64,000 nt of DNA from Octopus sinensis (GCF_006345805.1 NC_042997.1:2480001-2544000), one strand, 5' to 3'; counted from the stretch's first letter, positions 38,535-52,896 are shown. Numbers and translations are program-made. Notes: generated by a model from the letters alone, not told the origin.

Positions 38535-39980
38535 AATAAATATATGTATATATATATATGTACATATACATATATATAAACAATTCTACATATATGTATT
38601 TATACTTACGCTCATATATATTTATATACTTATACATTATTAGTATATAATTATATATACATATGTACACACGTATGTATATGTATGTATATATATATAC
38701 ACATAGATGTATGTATATACATATAGATGTATATACATATGTATATATATATATATATACATACTGATGTATGTATCAGTAAATATACGCGTATATATGT
38801 ATGTATATACACACAGAATATACATTTATCTGTGCACGTATATGTGTGTGTGTGTCCGAATATACTTTTATATATAAATATATATATAAATATATGTGCA
38901 TTTTTATAAATGTACATATATAGGCATATATATCTATCTATACATACACAAACTGACGTTCACTTACATTCACCCTCACACTCATAAGACACACGCACAC
39001 AATACGCACACATACACTTATATATGCATATATATTTGTGTTTACACTTAGACTCATTGGGCAATAATTATAGAATACAATGATACAAAATGGGATTGCG
39101 AACGTCAGATGAAAATTTGAAACCCAGCCACAAAAAATAACAAAAAAATGTTTGTACATTTTAAACTTGTTCAAGGCTTTATATTTCTTTCAAATTTTAA
39201 ATTTCAGTATTTGAATGTTATTTTTATGAAATTTGCTTTAAATCACCAAAGCTATAAGTTCCTAGTTGCCATAATATTTTAGTTACCAAACCAATAGATA
39301 GTTTAATGAATGAGAAATGGAGAAATATAAACTAAAAAAATAATAGTTGAAACAAAGTGATCGAAACGTTATCGATCGTGAAATTAAAGACGAAAGAGAA
39401 TGAAAAATTATAGAAAGATAAATTGAAAGATAGACAGATTGACATGATAGAGTGTGAAAAGGAGCGTTCGATAGAGATAAAGAAACACAATTTAGGTAGA
39501 GAGATATAAACGGAATAGACAGACAGTTAGCGACAGAAATATAGTGAGTGATTGAATGTTTGATACAGTCAGGTAATTTTTTGCAATGTAAATGTATTCA
39601 ATTGAACAATGATTCATGTCTATATTTTGATTCCTTTCATTAGTGTCCGCAACACTACACGCATAATTCAATTTCTGTTGTCTTTTCATATGTCATACAC
39701 AACTGAAATACTACGTCTCGAATTAGATAAAATCTATGCCATGTTTTGCATTTACTTTATCTATCAATGTTTTCTCATTGTTGATTGTTTGAAATTTTGG
39801 ACTTGTAATTTTTCCTCTTCTTGGAATATTCATAATGTCTGGTGTGTATATATGTGAAAACATACATACAATCGTACATACAGACACATATATATATGTA
39901 TATATATATATATATTATATATATATACGCCCATCACACTTATATATGTATACATACATATATATGTACATATGTGTATG

Positions 39981-40044
<64 letters not shown>

Positions 40045-40467
40045 GTGTGTATATATGTACACATATATATGTATATGTGCATGTATGTTCTCTTTTCGCA
40101 GTATTTCGCCATCAATATTTGTATATCTGAAAATCAGTGTCATATATAGATCGATGTCAGTTTTTTTTAGTTCTTTAAACTGTTTTAACTTCCAATTTAA
40201 AATTTATTTAAATTCAAACGGACTCCATGTCATATAAATCGAAGTAGTATATTCTTTTTTTTATATATATATATATATTGGTTGTATTGTTCTGGGAATA
40301 GATCAGTCCTTTCATATCGTCAGCCAGCTCAGAATTTCTGAAAGTAGTTCCATTGATACAAAATACAGTAATGGATATTTTTTTTCTTCTTATGATAATT
40401 GGATGCAAAACTGAGTGATTCAAAATAGTTTGCTAACACACGCTCAATACTTACAATCGACCATTCA

Positions 40468-41233
40468 TTAGGCGGGGACACAAACAAGAGGTATCAGAAA
40501 AAATAATACAGACATAACTGTGATTACATAAGTGTTCTTGCGATTGCATTCTGGTAATGTTCCTTTGGAATTTGCTGACGTTTCTGCTTGCGGACGGTAT
40601 ACACCTGAACTATTATCCCAATAGCTGCTTGACGGTAATAACGTAGTGTTAGCCGTGAGGTAGGATGGCGTTGAAGTTAGACATAATTCTTCACATGTTC
40701 GAGATACATCTTTCATAATGGAAAACTCCGAGGCTTCGTCTTCTCTGCCTCCGATAATTGGTTGTTCATGAGCTGTAGTGTTGGTACAGTCAGATGGTGG
40801 TAGCACAAGAATTTTGTTTCGTGATGTGAAAACCCAGCAAACAAAATTATGTTTGCGGTGGACTGCTTTAAGAACTACTGCTTTGGTTTGAGCGTTGATA
40901 TCGAATGAAGCCAAACATGCCAGATTAATATGCCTCGGTTTCGTAGAGCAGTTCAAGCTATATAACACAATCCGATCTGATGATAGACTGGGATCATGCA
41001 TAAGACAATATTCACAAAAATTATCATCTCTCAACAAGGTATACCTACTAATCACGGGATGTAAGTTACAGTTAACGAAGTGTGTTTTTTTGAGATTTAC
41101 TAACACGGTCATTGGTTTTCTCTGGACGGCTTGAACATCCGGGCTGTAATCAAAGTGGTTTTCACTACAGATATATGTCTTCAACTCTCCTGGGTGAGCA
41201 AGGGGCCATTCTATACTGCGTCCGAGTCGATAT
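40468..41233 (-). CDS. Terminal coding exon (254 codons) of a Cys-rich, N-glycosylated cell-surface protein with a C-terminal hydrophobic anchor; weakly reminiscent of DUF7042/7043-type repeat proteins
   Basis: Polypyrimidine acceptor ctttttctattttctctAG| at 41235/41234 (phase 2). The frame extends the listed 238-aa ORF with YRLGRSIEWPLAHPGE. It has 12 Cys, sequons NCS/NTT/NTT/NSS, an S/T-rich stalk, YVITVMSVLFFLIPLVCVPA*, TAA-TGA stops and a GTAAGT donor 13 nt after the stop. It is the only long non-repeat ORF in the window. The family resemblance is from memory only. Confidence 0.8.
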
Positions 41234-41920
41234 CTAGAGAAAATAGAAAAAGTGTTAATTTTAAAACGTGAATTTTAAATTCGTAAAACATTTCTTTAAT
41301 CAAGATACTTGTTATCTTATTCCGAAAATATACATCGATAAAAAGATGATTTTTTATTGTAGTTAATGAACTGCAGCTAAGAAAATTAATAATACATTGC
41401 AACACAATATACTTACAAATTTGACATTTCAAAACTTCTATCTTACAATTTACGTACATATATCACGCAGTGAAAATGCCATCCCCTTTTAGAATGTATT
41501 TAAACTAGAACCACTATTTACGACTTAAAATATGAAATGTTATATTCAAAATTCAATTAGAACGTATGGAGATGCTCTGTAATCATTAACAAAAAATCTT
41601 TAATCACTATCATGCATTGGCATTTACATTCGAACATGTTCTGTAACAGAATATGACGTTTCACATGTGAAGTTCCCCCCCACCTATTACTATGATATTA
41701 ATATAAAGTCTTTTTTTCTTGATTTGTGAGCTACATATTATGAAATTACATTGAAATAGTTATAGAATGGAAAGAAAAAATAGTGAGTAGGAAAAATATT
41801 GCATTTTATCTTCAGGTAATATTGTAGATTTAGAAAGGTAAAATTCGTATATAATAAAAGGTTAAGGTGTAATTTCTATAATCAGATACACATATATGTA
41901 CATATGTAAATGCATATATA

Positions 41921-42033
<113 letters not shown>

Positions 42034-43439
42034 TATATATACAAAGCAAATAGCATTTTCAATGTCAGTTTGTTTTCGTACACAATTTCTACTAAATATA
42101 TATGTTTGTTTGTGTGTGTATTTATATATATTCTTAAACACACAAAAATATGTTACGAGTAAATAAAAGTAAGAACTACAGTATTCTGTTTGGGACATAA
42201 AAAATGTTCATTGTATACGTAGCATTACTGGAAACACAACTATTGGGAAAATATGTTTTAGTATTCTTCACGTGGAATGTTCCTGATACATTTAAATTAC
42301 AATAGAAGTGGTTGGCATAAATTTTAAAGTAGGCTCTAACATGATTGAATTGTATTATCAATGCAATATTTACTTACACAAAGAAAGAGTTCTATTATAG
42401 TTAGCCGATGGAAATGTACACATACATTTCATTGAAGTTTTCTAGCTAATAAATGTATACAAAATTCACCCAGCTGAACTTTTAATGAATTAATTACGCT
42501 ACAGAAATTGAAAAGCGATTTTGAGACATGCGATTAATTTTTTTCCATGAAAGTTTTCAAGCAAGAAGTAGAAGAATTTTCCACATTGTATTTTGTGTCA
42601 GTTCAATAACCGTCTAAAGTGTTACAATAACTTAATTGAAGGATGGAATGAGATTCTCGGGCATGAACCTAAGAGTTTACTTCTTAACTTTTTATTCGTC
42701 TTTATTTCTCCTACATATGTTCTTGTATACACGCTTGGATGCGTGTACAAAGTAAAGGTTTCCTAAATATAACTTTGCCATTTGCATACCAGAGGATGCC
42801 TAGCTCGTTTTATCTTTTCGTTCTTTCTTTCGGTTATGAATTCCATCTCTTCCCTTCACTAAAATTATGACATATAACTAACCTGATTGTAACCGAGTAT
42901 ATGATCTTATCTTTTATCGCTTATTTATTTTACTTCTTTTATTTTTCTGAAATTCTATACATTTCACCTATTACCATGTCCAAACTTTTCCCTGTTGAGA
43001 ACCACTTCCCATCACCAACCGATGGTTGTCATGCGCTGATGACAGGTCAATACCAGAATCTCGGATCTGTGTGTATCCCGTCAGGCTGGAGATGGGAAAG
43101 ATGACTTTCATTTGCAAATACTGCTATGGCACACATAGTGTGTCAATAGCCAGCTGGAGGAGATATCTTCCTGGGGCTACACGCTACAGGAGCATCGATC
43201 ATTAAGGGTTAGCCACATAAGAGAATATTTGTGAATAATTGGGAAAACACCGATCTCGCTCAAGGCGCATGATTTGAAAAGAAAGCTCAAATGTAAACAG
43301 ATACACAGACAAACGTAAGCACACATTTGCGCACGCATCTATGCATATATGTATGTGTGTGTGCGCGTGTGTGTGTCTGATTCTATGGTTATGAAGTATA
43401 TACTATTGAGGCATTAATTTGCACATGTACAACATCCCT

Positions 43440-43870
43440 GATATTGCGTGAGGTTTTATAATAATAATAATGAAATTATTGTATACAGTGCTCAGGTGCA
43501 CCACAACTTGTCAGAAAGTGCATATAAAGTACATGCAGTAATGTAGAAATGTCTGGAAAGTGAACAGTGTATGAGTCAGATACATGCCTGTGTGTGTATG
43601 GAGGGGAGAAAATCAAGTGTAGTGTTGGCGAATCTCAGGAAGCATGGAAGTTTTGAAGGATGCAGTGCTCCGACAACTAACAACCGATGCTGGCAGTTTG
43701 TTCCATGCATCAGCAACTCTCAGCGTGAAAAAATGTTTCAGGAAGTCATGGGAACTGTGCTGCTTTCTTACTTTGTAAATATGTCCACGGGTGTTAGATG
43801 GGTGGAGTTTGAAGAGGTGCTCAGATTTATTGTTTGTGCGATGGTTGTGTGTTACCCATTTCGAAGGCTT
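43440..43870 (-). mobile_element. CR1-like LINE 3' end (second family)
   Basis: Minus strand LFKLHPSNTRGHIYKVRKQHSSHDF.KHFFTLRVADAWNKLPASVVSCRSTASFKTSM followed by an (ATT)n tail. Confidence 0.85.
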
Positions 43871-44428
43871 AAAATGAACAAGAACAACTTCTTAATGTTG
43901 TTATATAAACATAAACAAACTCACAGGCATATGCACGCATTGATAAAAATACACCCGCAGACATCCTCACATCTGTATAAACATGAGGACACTTAAAATA
44001 GTTATTTTTATTTGAGGCATCAGGCACGGAGAGGAATGATTAACAGAAAGACCAATCATCTTTTGGGGCAAGTCAAACCGATGACTATCTCCTATGATAT
44101 TCATGACGATCTTAGTTCTATAATTACATAAACGTATCATTTTACATTTATTTTAAAAGCTGCATATACTATGTTGTTAGAACTATGCAGAAACATTTCA
44201 AGACAATGGTATTTAACTGAATGTAAGGTGGAATTATACTTTAATATATTCCTTTTTGATTTCGAAATCTGAAGTTATTCTTTGTGAAATATTTTGAAAT
44301 ACAGATAGAAATAAAACTACGTGAATTGAATAGAGATAATTATTTAGAAAATTTAACAGCAGCTCCCGTGCATAATACTAGAAGCTCCAGTGCATAATAC
44401 TTGAAAGTTCCGATAAATGACCATTTAC

Positions 44429-44518
44429 CTGAAGTACCCAGCAGATATAGCTAAACATTCTGATAATCCAGCTGTAGAAGACAGGACTGAAACCGGCCAA
44501 CATGAGAACAGCTGCCAA
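44429..44518 (-). CDS. Candidate upstream coding exon (90 nt, or 43 nt from an alternative acceptor at 44471) of the same cell-surface gene
   Basis: Donor CAG|GTAAAT at 44428. The open frame WQLFSCWPVSVLSSTAGLSECLAISAGYF-R ends in phase 2 and joins the 41233 exon in frame to give ..GYFRYRLGRSIEW... Confidence 0.5.
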
Positions 44519-45653
44519 CTATTGTTAGTTGAATTTATTTAAAGCTTCTAATTAATTAGGACTTCACCTAAGCTAAGTTCCTTACAGACTCTTTCTATGA
44601 TGTATCGCATATTTCTATGATATATCACTATTATATATGTGTGTGTGTGTGTTGATTTGGTAAACTTTTAAGTCAGAAGATTCTATGCTATTGATATATT
44701 ACAGTCTGCATATATTAGTCAAGAACAAATATTATAGAAAACATGCTGTTGGTTGAATCAAATATTTGATATATCTAGTTTCATTTATGGAGCAATCATT
44801 GCTGAATGCAAATGAGAGATTAGAAAATGGCACAAAACAAGTATAGATTTATCTAATTACCACATTCATTCTAATAACATGATCTAACATTTGTAATTCT
44901 CCAGCTGAATGAACCCACAATTTAATGGTTTCTTTTGACTCGCCCAGTAGTTTATTAATTCCAAATGCATATATGACTGTAAATGAATATTAAATGACAT
45001 GATATGGATTAGATAACGCTCGTTGCTTGACTTGTTGGTCCACCCTAGAAGATATTTCTACATGCTAATATAGTTGTGTCAACTCACTGGAATTGCTATA
45101 ACTGATTTGAACTAAATAACGGTTTGTCATCGCAAGTATCATGGATGATACTTTCATGTTCACTGGTTTCCGTATTACAGCTAATGACATTTGTGCAAAT
45201 TAGTTTGTGACGTGGTTTAACTGTGAAATGTGGACGAGCAGACCTATTATAAAAGTTGCTTCAACTGTGAATTTGCCATTGGCACTTTAAGTTGGTGTGA
45301 ATTAGTTTGAAGAACAGTGACAGCTACGTAATACGTAAAAGATTCGCGGCTTCGGTGAGCAGTTAAAATTGTACGGCCTATGGTTTCTGCATTATATGCG
45401 CAGCGCAATAATCTTGACATCAAGTGAAATGCCGTTGCTTATCTCCCGCTAATGCATTCATTAAAACAATTAAATCCTCACGACCCCAAAAAGATATTTT
45501 TATTGATTATATAACATGATTACACACTGTTATATGCATTCGAATGCAAAAAAAATCATCTTAATATATATATATATATATACCGGAGTAAACACATAAA
45601 TGTGAAACAAGGTGGAAAAAAGAGTACTCAAATACCAGTTGTAGAGTAATATG

Positions 45654-45810
45654 CTTTATTTAAAGCATCAGAAAATTCAACAAAATCTGTTACTCTGAGT
45701 TTCTCGTTGCCGTTCATCAGATAGTTTTTGCTAGCAAAAGCTGTCTGATGAACGGCAACGAGAAACTCAGAGTAACAGATTTTGTTGAATTTTCTGATGC
45801 TTTAAATAAA

Positions 45811-45811
<1 letters not shown>
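45654..45811. repeat. Zero-spacer 158-bp palindrome made of two back-to-back hammerhead-like PLE termini
   Basis: Centre gct|agc at 45732/45733; two mismatches between arms. The minus-strand arm continues as UTR-like sequence to ~45590. Confidence 0.97.
45741..45778 (+). ncRNA. Candidate minimal type I hammerhead ribozyme
   Basis: CTGT-CTGATGA-ACGGCAACGA-GAA-ACTC-A-GAGT-A-ACAG: intact core, 4-bp stem I, near-palindromic stem III, GUA cleavage triplet (45772-45774). Stem II is weak (2 bp, GCAA loop, A.A closing). Confidence 0.55.
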
Positions 45812-45865
<54 letters not shown>

Positions 45866-47168
45866 ACGAAAATCTTTTAAGAAATTAATAATTGATTGTC
45901 ACCGAGGCTCAGCAAATGTTGCGATTCAGTTATTTAATGAATGCCTTTAGTTATAAAAAGGAAAAAAAGAACCACATTTTAGGAGAAAAATATTTCATTT
46001 CCAATAAAAGGAGGTGCAAAACACTCATTTTTGGCACACGTTTATCGGGTGATTTCATTCGCTATGTTGGAAAGCCAAGTTGACAAAAGTAGGGATGGAA
46101 TGCAATGCGTTTAAAAATCTACCGGTCTGTAATGCTTAAAATAACAATTTATAATTTGGGTACTAAGTTATCTATTTTGCGCCGAGAAATTGGCCAATCA
46201 AATTGACACTAGTACCTGAATGATAATTTATTTTATCGATACCGGAGCATTTGATGTCAGAGATGTAGAGCCGTATAACAAAATGTCCCGAATCATTTGT
46301 CGTACACTATCCCGATTACTGTTAAATCTACACACCCTAGTAGCTCTAATGATAATGATCTTACATTGTATATATCACTAAATAAATCTTGCAAAATATA
46401 TGTTCCTTTCCTTGTTCATATATGATGGTGGAGGGGAGGAAAGATAAATATTTATTGATGTGCATGCTACATAATGTTTTAATTGAGAATCTATTCATTA
46501 TGTGTCTTATTAATTAGTGTTTATAAAGGTGAGGGGTGAGGAAATCGTGAGAACATCGAGTAAAATGATACGCAATATATTCCCGTCTCCTTAGCTTCCG
46601 GGATCAAATTAACGGTAAGGTCAGATTTCTCTGACAATATTTGGGGTTCACAAAACAAACTACAATTAAGTACTGCGTTTGATGATATCGACTAACCCCG
46701 CCTCTCAGAATTGTTGGCCTTCTATCTAAATTAGAAGCCATTAATTAATGTTTGTAAAAATGTTAATGACAAAATATTTGGCTATATATATATATATATA
46801 TATATATAATCAATATATGATCTCTGAAAATATCAATCCTTGTTTATATTACTCAATCTTCTCAACATCTACATCAGCATCTGTCTCTTCACTTTCTCCT
46901 TCTTTCGGCATTTTACTCTTTAAATATACGCGTCTGAGTGTGTTTAATGGATGCATATTGGCTAGTAGTATCACGTTTATACAAGTGTGAGATGCAATTA
47001 AGTAACAGCGCTCAATACGGCGAAGTAGAGCGAAATCATCTTTACACATATTTGAATGCAATTCAGTTGGCAATTCCATATACTACTTGTTTCCATTCTC
47101 ATGTGACACAGAGATCTTGAATGAGAATCTCGACCTATAGACTCACTGGTTGGATGCATGTTTGTGCG

Positions 47169-47212
<44 letters not shown>

Positions 47213-47216
47213 ATAT

Positions 47217-47634
<418 letters not shown>

Positions 47635-47681
47635 TATCGTGCTGTTACTGTATAACTCTCCCTGAGTGATTTGGAAAAGTA

Positions 47682-47734
<53 letters not shown>

Positions 47735-47849
47735 CCTACATACTTGTATTTATGCTTGCTTTAGACATTTATTTCCTTTCCTATTATTCTCGTTACTCAC
47801 CTAGTGATTAAATTTGAAGCATATTTATATATATCGAATATGACGCAAA

Positions 47850-49350
47850 TAATACTTCAACCAACCTGAGCAAGGGTATTGATTGCATCAACATCAAAGA
47901 AAAGGGTGCAATACTGGTAATAGATGATGTAGGCGCAAACCCAGATGCTGGTTGCGATGCAATCGCACCAATTCTTCTGATACAATACAAATGAGCCTTT
48001 GTAAAACCACCGCACTTTTCATTTCAGAACTTCTTTTTCAGATCTTCCAAGCAATATAAAGGGGAAATAATAAACCTTATTCATACCGGAGGAAGCACAG
48101 CAGATGCGAAAATCTATAGACGTCTCTCTTTCACCTTACACATCAACAAAGTCATGGTACGAAAAGTTGGAGGCATTCTAATTGCCTTTCGTGAAGAGAA
48201 GTTTTGCTGTCTAACACATTCTCGACCTGGTAGACATGAGAGAGTTCGTGCAGCTCTAAATCTGGTTGTTAAAGCAGCTGTTCAACAACTGAAATGTAGA
48301 CGTGATATAGCTCGCTTTTATAAAATCCACTATGGTATAATTTGTCACAAGCAACGTTATCTTTGCAAAGACGATACTTGAACTTCCTAAAAGACAGAAG
48401 TGAGGTAATGGTAAGAGACGACACTACCTAAAAAGACGCACAAAAAGGCACTATCTTGAGGTTATTACTATTCTTTGTGGCCCTCTTAGAAATGATCTCA
48501 GCTGCTCATATAGCCACTCTTGCTACTTATAAAGATGATACAAAACTCTCTCGAGGTATACTGTTCACTGGAGGAGAACAAGATGCAATTTAATTCAAGA
48601 AATGTCTAAGCCCTGTGCTACCATTATACGAAGCTGAATGAAAAGCAGACAGAATTAACTGGCCCAACGGGAATTGCAATCCATGAATCATTACTTATGT
48701 CGATGCCCAACCTGGACGTTGACATACGTAATGCTGTATATTTCGAGCTGCAATAAAATGCTAGTGCTTGTCTGCGTGGATCCTTAGAATTTTTAGAACG
48801 CGGAAACAGGAAACCATGATGGTCCTCTGGAAGACATTTTTCCTCAGCTGTTTAAATTACTGCTCCCAACTAAAGTCACCACACAATGTAAAATTGACAA
48901 CTGAACAAGAAGCAATCCAGCGAAGCTGCAAAAATATGATCATCCCAAACGAAATGCCGGCTAATAGGAGAGACGGACAAAGGTAAGAATGTACTGCCCA
49001 GAACGAAAGCATGGAAGATATACAATCATATACATCTGGAAATTTCTAAAAGTACCTGTAGCTAACATTTGTACTGTAAATTACAGACGAACGGAGCCGC
49101 AACCGTACGGTACCTAAAATCCTAACATCGCCATCAAGATGTAGGACCAGATAGTGCAGCAAGCAGAGTTCCAAGAGCCCACAGCAATTTACTATTCAGA
49201 ATACAACAGAGCCTGAGAGAGTTACATGTGATGGATGCAAGAGTCTTCAAAACAAACCTGGGTCTCCTCTTGCCAAGTGTTCTGAAGGAAATTACCTAGC
49301 GTCAAGAAACTCAGATGACAGCAGCAACATCAAACTCCAGCATTCCCGAA
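47850..49350 (+). mobile_element. Decayed CR1/L2-group LINE (RT to 3' end)
   Basis: DAGCDAIAPILL, IHTGGSTADAKIYRRLSFTLHINKVM, WILRIFRTRKQETMMVLWKTFFLSCLNYCSQLKSP..EAIQR; many stops and deletions. Confidence 0.85.
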
Positions 49351-49493
49351 ATATACATATCAGAGGAGGCTTAGTGTCCCAGCATGGCTGCAACTCTCGA
49401 GCTGATATACATACATATATACATACATACATACATACATGCATACATATATATATGTGTGCGTGTGCGTGTGCGAGTGTGTCTATATATATA

Positions 49494-49918
49494 GGCGCAG
49501 GAGTGGCTGTGTGGTAAGTAGCTTGCTAACCAACCACATGGTTCTGGGTTCAGTCCCACTGCGTGGCATCTTGGGCAAGTGTCTACTGCTATAGCCCCGG
49601 GCCAACCAATGCCTTGTGAGTGGATTTGGTAGACGGAAACTGAAAGAAGCCTGTCGTATATATGTATATATATATATATATGTGTGTGTGTGTATGTGTG
49701 TGTGTGTTTGTGTGTCTGTGTTTGTCACCCTAGCATTGCTTGATAACCGATGCTGGCGTGTTTACGTCCCCGTCACCTAGCGGTTCGGCAAAAGAGACTG
49801 ATAGGATAAGTACTGGGCTTACAAAGAATAATTCCCGGGGTCGAGTTGCTCGACTAAAGGCGGTGCTCCAGGATGGCCGCAGTCAAATGACTGAAACAAG
49901 TAAAAGAGTAAAAGAGTA
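49494..49918 (+). mobile_element. Full-length tRNA-derived SINE
   Basis: Head ggcgcaggagtggctgtgtggtaag..gggttcagtcccac (A/B-box like), internal (TA)(TG)n, tail ggcggtgctccaggatggccgcagtcaaatgactgaaacaagtaaaagag. Other copies at 12340-12750, 8620-8850 and 11795-11855. Confidence 0.88.
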
Positions 49919-50108
49919 TATATATATATATATATAATATATATATATATATATAAATGCATGTATGTATGTATATATATATAATGCAACTGTTTATAAA
50001 ATACCGCTTCTCCCATTCCAAGTATCTATGAGGGTATACACACACACGCACACACACGTATATATATATATATATAATATATATATATAATATATATTCC
50101 TGTGCATG

Positions 50109-50208
<100 letters not shown>

Positions 50209-51146
50209 TGTGTGTGTGTGTGTATTGTATGCCTGTCAATGTGTCTGTATTACGCTATTAATATGCAATATGCGGATGAAAGAGATATGAATATGTCTTC
50301 ATCCACACAGCGTTTGTGTATTTAGAACCAGTTTGTCTGTAACATTTATTATATATTCAATGCACTGCGGAAGAAACACACCGCCTAGAATCCTATTTTT
50401 AATAATACCATTTCCTCGGCATCATGCAATTCCTGCAGACTACCGAAGCAGATTACTCTTGAATCACATGAAAAATTTGCTGATATACAGTATCACAGCT
50501 GGAATTTGTTTTCTTCCATGTTTTTCATCTCACATGTGTTGATATAATTAGGTACTGTCATGTAGTGTGCACTATTAATGCCATTTTAAATCTACTCTTT
50601 TTTATACACTAAACTTGTCTTTTCTATTTTCCAAACAAATTGATTTATATCATTTCCTTGTAGACATGATAAATAAAGACAAACAATTAACTTAAAATGA
50701 GGTTATTTCAAGAAAAGTCTAGCAAACATATTTGACGAAACTAAACTGAAGGTAATTATTCTCAACAGATTTGAAGAGAATAAAAATTATGAGAAGCTGT
50801 CCAATAAAGTAAAATATGTTGCTGTATTTAGTTATAAATGTGTTCTATAAAAGTTTCGTACTAATATATATATTTTTTCTCGATACCTAATTTAAGAATT
50901 ATTACAACTGCCGTACCAAGGGGATTTAATTATAGCATTAATTACTGAATCTGTGAAAGTAACCATTATTCAAAATGTTGGCAAACATCTCCAAATGATT
51001 TTTGAAATTCGATGTAATCCAGTACATAGTGAACTTTAATCGATAAATATATTATTTCTTGGTTTTATGAAGATTATGATAGTAAACTCTGAAAATTTTC
51101 AATTGTAAAACGTGATTCAAATACACGCACAGAGTCATATATATAT

Positions 51147-51180
<34 letters not shown>

Positions 51181-51475
51181 CAATCACACACACGTTCGCA
51201 CACACACACACACACGCACGCACACATACACATGCACACATACATAAAGTGAGTGGACAAACGAAAGAAGAGTACTCAAAAACCTTCTGTGGGAGTTACA
51301 TATATGGATCAAAGCAGTTTGATTCAAATTCGTTTGTATTCCGAGTGCCAAGTGTGACACTAGTCTTCAGCCATATTGAATTTGAATACTGAATTTGAAT
51401 TCAAAATAGCTGAATATTAGCATCACCCTTGAAACTCAGCGTGCCAACGAATTTGAATCCGAGAGTTTTGAACTT

Positions 51476-51554
<79 letters not shown>

Positions 51555-51650
51555 GTCTCTCTGTCTATCTACCTATCTATCTATCTATCTGTCTGTCTCT
51601 CTGTCTATCTATCTATCTGTCTCTCTGTCTATCTACCTATCTATCTATCT
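51476..51650. repeat. (TATC)n/(TCTG)n microsatellite
   Basis: Direct reading. Confidence 0.95.
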
Positions 51651-52260
51651 GTGCGCAACATTTTTGTTAAATCTCAGGAAAAAGAGAGCGCGCACAACAA
51701 ATCACAAAATCTCTGAAACCCTTGTATATGGAAGCGTCAGCAGGCTATATTTAATGGTGTCTAGTCATCTTGTGAGTCTCAGACAAAAAGGAATTTCATT
51801 ATATGGAAGACTGTATTGTGATGGAAATTTGTTGAACGACGATGAAAATACTATTGTTGAAGTAAATTCGTTGCTTGCTATTTAATTCGTATAATTCTCC
51901 GGAAAATATTAGAGTGACACAGCGTCACAAAGCTATAACATTGTAAGTGCTTGTACAATCCCCCAGCTATGTTTCTATACACTTTCCGTCTAAACAGCTC
52001 ATTCTCAAATTATGATGCTACTCGAAGATATAGAAAACGGACATTTTCACATGACGCCATTCATTACATCGATCCTGGAACCTTGTTTCAAAGTTAATAA
52101 TCATACCATGAATGTTTTGTTGTTCAACTACCTAAACTGCCAGACTCATTCAGATAGTATTAGTCAACTAAGGATCATAGACACGTGTACATTGAATGAA
52201 ATTCTTAGGTAGAAATAGTGTGGAATAATGTAACAAATTTGGACATTGGGATTACATATA

Positions 52261-52790
52261 TTGGGTTGTCCGGAAAATTCGTGCCGATCTTTAAAGGGCA
52301 GGAAAAGGTCAATAAACACTTGCCATTACATATTTAATCAACCAAATATGAATCATTTTGTTGCACAATGCGTCTCCATCTTTCCTTTAACTTCAAAATA
52401 CCCTCTTCCCAGGATTGAGGTGGTTTCATAGCAAAGAATTCATAAAGGTATCTTTTTAGGTCATCCAAGGAATTGAAATTTTTACAATTAAGACTATTCT
52501 ACCGAGACCTGAATAAGTGGAAATTCGAAGGAGCAATATCTGGTGGATATAGAGGGTGGAGTAACACATCCCAGCCGAGCTGCAGTAATTTTTGTCTGCC
52601 GAAAATGAACTTTCTTATCTTCAATTTTAAAGGGTTACAGTATTAACACAGGTTATAGGAACATAAAACTTCATCCACGAAAAGATAACTTAAACTGTGC
52701 TCTAAATGGAGGTGTAGTCAAATCCTATTTTATTGACTCAACCAGATTCTAAAATAAGTCGAATGTTAAGCTACTATAAATCGGCACGAA
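52261..52790 (-). mobile_element. Internally deleted copy of the 26437-27684 mariner
   Basis: TA|ttgggttgtccggaaaattcgtgccgat TIR; body homologous to 27348-27684 and 26455-26645, fused at ~52598. The outer ~17 bp of the other TIR are missing. Confidence 0.9.
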
Positions 52791-52896
52791 ATAATCGATC
52801 AGCTTCTACATCATTTCTATCTTCAGCAACAGTATCGGTCATTTTAGAGCATTCAACACACACACACACACACACACACACCACACACACACACAC

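Larger units (their letters stand above)
31740..40090. repeat. Region dominated by long compound (TA)n/(CA)n microsatellite fields
   Basis: Extensive tracts at ~31760-32410, 33020-33640, 33800-34370, 35430-35680, 36080-36330, 36600-37070, 38340-39030, 39840-40090. These are the source of most IY/YI 'ORFs'. Confidence 0.95.

Noticed and set aside
42722-42765. Hairpin cttgtatacacgc..gcgtgtacaag followed by CTAA, resembling a Helitron 3' end
   Set aside because: The hairpin is imperfect, the following base is not T, and no 5' TC end or Rep/helicase remnant was found.
43571-43996. 141-aa plus-strand ORF
   Set aside because: Antisense to the CR1 C-terminal coding region.
46849-47079. 76-aa minus ORF with an acidic tail (KEGESEETDADVDVEKIE) as an exon of the minus-strand gene
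   Set aside because: It ends in a stop upstream of the 44518/41233 exons, has a weak acceptor and no recognisable motif.
47795-47990. Strong GTGAGT donor plus a 60-aa minus ORF
   Set aside because: All three frames hit stops just before the donor, and the ORF overlaps the CR1 RT antisense.
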